Shown here piece by piece: positions 60,859 through 64,000 of a stretch of DNA of 64,000 bases. Position 1 is the stretch's first letter. Each line of letters begins with the position of its first letter. Source of the DNA: Holophagaceae bacterium (lineage in GTDB: Bacteria > Acidobacteriota > Holophagae > Holophagales > Holophagaceae); the NCBI GenBank assembly GCA_044229575.1, contig JBGAST010000016.1, forward strand, positions 1,477 through 65,476, given 5' to 3'. The notes under the pieces were generated by a model. That model was not told the DNA's origin. It made no database searches and saw nothing but the letters and a program-made list of their open reading frames with translations. The translations under genes and the position numbers were made by a program.

Positions 60859-61815
60859 TCACTTCAAGGCCTTCAACCAGGCGGCCAGGGGGGAGAGGTC
60901 CGCCATGGGGGTGTCGTCGCCGTAGGTGGAGGCCGCATTGGCCCCGCTGAGGTCGGCCCGGGGCCGCGTCTCCCGCTTGAGCAGATGGTTGGCGTCCTTC
61001 ACCTCGATGACCGGGGGCTTGAAGCCCTCGGGAAGCCGCTCGGGCTTCCAGGTCTGCACGTCCTTGTCGCCCCAGGCCAGGGCGCAGGGCACGCCCACGC
61101 GCTGGGCCAGGGCCAGGGGTTCCAGGTCCAGGGTGGCGCGCACGAAGCCCAGGGACTCCTTGGCCATGAGCGCCTTCCCCAGCTTCACCAGGGCGGGAAA
61201 GATGTCCGGGCCCCCCTCCGGCGTGGGCTGGCCGGCGCGGATGGCGGCATAGACCGAATCCATGTAGGCCAGGTTGGCCTTGGCCGTCGTCTCGGGGAGC
61301 TGCAGCCTGAGCTGGGCCTGGATGGTCTTCGCCATGCTCGCCGCCGGCGGCTCCAGGAGCAGCAGGGCGTCGGCGTCGGCCCAGGCCAGCAGGGCCAGGA
61401 GGGCGCCCTCGCTGTGGCCGATGAGGAGGAGCTTCCTCCCCTTCGCTTCCGGCTGGGCCCGCGCCGCCGCCAGGGCCGCGCGGATATCGCCCACCTGGGC
61501 GTCCAGGGAGATGTCCAGGGTCGGGTCCTTCGAGCCGATGAAGCGCTTGTCGTAGCGCAGGCTGCCGATCCCCTGGCGCTGCAGCCAGGCCGCGAAGTCG
61601 CGGCCCCCGGAGCTCGCCGGCAGCAAGGGATTCGACCAGTTCCGGTCCGTGGGCCCGCTGCCCGCCACCAGCACCGCGAAGTACCCATGGCCCGTTGCGG
61701 CGCGGACGCTGCCCTTCAGGGGGAAGGCGTTGAAGCCTGGGAAGGCGAGGTCCCGATCCGGAGTGGAAGTCGGCGGAGCGGGCGCCTGGATGGCGGGGGG
61801 AAGCTGGAGCAACAT
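60859..61815 (-). CDS. Alpha/beta hydrolase
   Basis: The nucleophile elbow is GHSEG, with the typical alpha/beta-hydrolase length and layout. Confidence 0.8.
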   Translation of the reverse strand: MLLQLPPAIQAPAPPTSTPDRDLAFPGFNAFPLKGSVRAATGHGYFAVLVAGSGPTDRNWSNPLLPASSGGRDFAAWLQRQGIGSLRYDKRFIGSKDPTLDISLDAQVGDIRAALAAARAQPEAKGRKLLLIGHSEGALLALLAWADADALLLLEPPAASMAKTIQAQLRLQLPETTAKANLAYMDSVYAAIRAGQPTPEGGPDIFPALVKLGKALMAKESLGFVRATLDLEPLALAQRVGVPCALAWGDKDVQTWKPERLPEGFKPPVIEVKDANHLLKRETRPRADLSGANAASTYGDDTPMADLSPLAAWLKALK

Positions 61816-61860
61816 GGAACCTCCACCCCCAGGATGCCGTGGCGGGTCCGCCGGTGCCGA

Positions 61861-62457
61861 TCACTTCTCGATGAGCACCGGTGTCCCGAGGGGGCAGGCC
61901 ACCCAGAGCTCCTCGATGGCGTTGTCCTCCAGGGCCACGCAGCCCCAGGTCCAGTCGCGGCTCGCCCCGTGGCCGTGGATGCCCACGAGGCCGCCCAGTT
62001 TCGTGTCCCAGGGGGGGCGCGCCTTCCGGCGGTGGGCGTCCAGGATGGCGGCGTGCTGGGCCTTCGAGATGAGGCCTTCCTTCAGGCCCCGGGCCGCGTC
62101 CTCGGGCTGCGGGTAGCTGAGCCCCAGGAAGAGGTGGTACTTGCTGATGTCGTTGCGGGTGCAGATATAGAGCCGGCCCTCCGGGGTCCGGTGATCCCCT
62201 TCGCCGACCTTGTCCAGCTCCGGCGCAGCACCGAGGCCCACGGGATAGGATTGGATGCGCTTCCCCGAGGCCCATAGTTCCAGGCGGTGGGCCACCTTGA
62301 AGACGCGCAGTTCCGTGTCCTTGAGCGGAAAGGCCACGGCAGCGGCGGCGGCCAGCGTCCGCACCCTCCCTTCGGCCGCCCGGAGCTGCTGCGGGGTGGG
62401 ATTGGCCGGCGCCATCACGGCGCCCATAAATCCAAGGAGGAGGCCAAGGGCCCTCAC
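61861..62457 (-). CDS. L,D-transpeptidase (YkuD) family protein
   Basis: The YkuD catalytic region is GIHGHG...WTWGCVAL. I chose GTG at 62457, which overlaps the upstream stop (GTGA) and yields signal peptide MRALGLLLGFMGAVMA. The upstream part of the track ORF looks non-coding. Confidence 0.8.
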   Translation of the reverse strand: MRALGLLLGFMGAVMAPANPTPQQLRAAEGRVRTLAAAAAVAFPLKDTELRVFKVAHRLELWASGKRIQSYPVGLGAAPELDKVGEGDHRTPEGRLYICTRNDISKYHLFLGLSYPQPEDAARGLKEGLISKAQHAAILDAHRRKARPPWDTKLGGLVGIHGHGASRDWTWGCVALEDNAIEELWVACPLGTPVLIEK

Positions 62458-63233
62458 ATCGGGTGCGCGAGCTTGAAGATGCTGAAGGACGCGCCGCCGG
62501 GCTCCTGGAGGGCGGCGAAGCGGCCCACCTTCTCGATGTCCATGGGCTCCTGGTGCACCCTCGCGCCGAGGGCCTTGGCCTTGGCGGCGCTGGCGTCTAC
62601 GTCCTCCACCATGAAGTAGGGGTTCCAGTGGGGCGGGATGTGCTCGGCGCCGGGCCAATCGGGCTTGAACATTCCGGCGAAGGGCTGCCCGTCGCCGATG
62701 CACGCTTCCGTGTAGGTCATGCCGCCGCCCGTGCCGCGCTTGAGGGTCCAGCCGAAGAGGCCCCGATAGAAGGCCTCAGCGGCGTCCAGGTCCCTGGTCA
62801 GGAGTTCCGTCCAGCAGAGGGCGCCGGGTTCGTTGAAGACGCCGGCGCCGTGGTGGGAGCCCGATTGCCAGACGGCGAAGACGGCGCCGGTGGGATCCTG
62901 GATCACCGCCATGCGCCCGATGCCTTCCACGTCGAAGGCCCCCATGAGCACCGTCCCCCCCAGTTCCTTCGCCTTCTCCGCCGCGGCTTCGGCACTGGCC
63001 ACCTGGACGTAGCAGGTGAAGTGGGGCGGCCCCTGCTCGGGACTGGCGGGAAAGCCCCCGCCCACGTCCAGCCCGCCGAGCCGGAAGATGGTGTAGCTGC
63101 CCATGGCGGCGGGCATGTCCTCCGCGGTCCAGCCCAGCAGGTCCGCGAAGAAGGCCTTGGAAGCCGCCATGTCCGAACTGGCCAGCTCGATCCAGCAGAA
63201 CTGTCCGACGGGTGCGTAGGTGGGTTCGGCCAT
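62454..63233 (-). CDS. VOC (glyoxalase/bleomycin-resistance/dioxygenase) family protein, two-domain
   Basis: Two tandem VOC modules are present (..FCWIELASSD..FFADLLGW.. and ..LCWTELLTRD..FYRGLFGW..). Confidence 0.85.
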   Translation of the reverse strand: MAEPTYAPVGQFCWIELASSDMAASKAFFADLLGWTAEDMPAAMGSYTIFRLGGLDVGGGFPASPEQGPPHFTCYVQVASAEAAAEKAKELGGTVLMGAFDVEGIGRMAVIQDPTGAVFAVWQSGSHHGAGVFNEPGALCWTELLTRDLDAAEAFYRGLFGWTLKRGTGGGMTYTEACIGDGQPFAGMFKPDWPGAEHIPPHWNPYFMVEDVDASAAKAKALGARVHQEPMDIEKVGRFAALQEPGGASFSIFKLAHPM

Positions 63234-63315
63234 GGCGCGCTCCTGGGAAGGGCGGTCAGGCTAGCAGGTGTCATCTGGAGGTCTCAATGCCCTCCCGCCC
63301 TTGGAAGGAATGAAC

Positions 63316-64000
63316 CTACCCCAGCTGCCCCAGATCCTCCGGCCCGGCGATGGCCATGGTTGTCACTTCGATGCCCGCCTCCTTGGCCTGGCGCTTCACC
63401 AGGCCGCTCAGCACCTTGCCGGGGCCGAGCTCGAGGAAGGTGGTGACGCCCTCCTTCAGCAGCAGGGCCAGGGTGGCCTCCCAGCGCACGGCGCCGGGGA
63501 TCTGGCGGAGGAGGCCGTCCCGCAGCAGCTCTGGATCGCTCACCACGACGGCGTCCACGTTGTTCACGAGGGGGCAGATCGGCGCCCGGACGTGCAGTGC
63601 CGCCAGGAGGGGCGCCATGGCTTCCTGGGCGGGTTCCATGAGGGGCGAATGGAAGGGCGCGCTCACGGGGAGCTTCATCATCTTGCGGCCGCCCTTGGCC
63701 TTGGCGGCCTCCAGGGCGGCGTCCACGGCCTCGGCGTGGCCGGCGATGACGATCTGGCCGGGGCCGTTGTAGTTGGCGGCCACGGCGATCTTCCCGGTGG
63801 CCTTCGAGCCCTCCTCGCAGGCGGCCTGGACATCCTCCGCGGCCATGCCGAGGATCGCCGCCATGGCGCCGACGCCCACGGGCACCGCCGCCTGCATGGC
63901 GCGGCCGCGCTCGCGCACGGTCTTCACCGCCTCGGTGAAGGAGAGGGCGCCGAGGGCCACCAGGGCCGAGTATTCGCCGAGGGAATGGCCGGCGGCAAAA
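63316..64000 (-). CDS. fabD: Malonyl CoA-ACP transacylase. It is partial because its 5' end lies beyond the window end.
   Basis: FabD sequence is present, including GHSLGEYSAL (read from 63961-64000) and VSAPFHSPLM. The frame is open to the window edge. Confidence 0.92.
   Translation of the reverse strand, partial: FAAGHSLGEYSALVALGALSFTEAVKTVRERGRAMQAAVPVGVGAMAAILGMAAEDVQAACEEGSKATGKIAVAANYNGPGQIVIAGHAEAVDAALEAAKAKGGRKMMKLPVSAPFHSPLMEPAQEAMAPLLAALHVRAPICPLVNNVDAVVVSDPELLRDGLLRQIPGAVRWEATLALLLKEGVTTFLELGPGKVLSGLVKRQAKEAGIEVTTMAIAGPEDLGQLG

Overview
This is a very GC-rich bacterial chromosomal segment, roughly two-thirds to 70% G+C by eye, with strong third-position GC bias. As a result, nearly every real gene is shadowed by long Pro/Arg/Gly/Ala-rich antisense ORFs, which I rejected. 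Gene content and style suggest an Acidobacteriota (Holophagae/Geothrix-like) genome, but that is inference only.

I support about 53 protein-coding genes. I could not recognise any rRNA, tRNA, CRISPR array, transposase or integrase.

- **Housekeeping genes:** ispG, yidD, plsC, miaA, purF, rocD, a rhodanese-type sulfurtransferase, an EF-G paralogue, a PlsB-like acyltransferase, fabD (3' window edge, partial) and a BamA/TamA-like POTRA protein (5' window edge, partial).
- **Envelope and secreted proteins:**
  - a BNR/Asp-box propeller with a dockerin;
  - a 998-aa surface protein with three near-identical 249-nt tandem repeats;
  - a 2223-aa lipoprotein built from about 26 Ig-like repeats;
  - Sel1 and HEAT repeat proteins;
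  - a MacA/MacB-like pair and several paralogous small secreted proteins.
- **Stand-out locus (about 53.0-58.4 kb):** a compact four-gene operon encodes a 462-aa outer-membrane beta-barrel, two small pentaheme c-type cytochrome lipoproteins, and a 914-aa decaheme lipoprotein with OmcA/MtrC-like 5+5 heme architecture. This looks like a non-canonical porin-cytochrome extracellular electron transfer module that matches neither Shewanella MtrCAB nor Geobacter Pcc.
- **Secondary oddities:**
  - an EF-G paralogue lacking the switch-II catalytic His;
  - a REC-DHp protein without an ATPase domain next to a STAS protein;
  - a rocD plus LOR/SDH (TIGR00300-like) pair;
  - a terminator hairpin sequence reused at two loci;
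  - two micro-ORFs and a 650-bp gap with no convincing gene.
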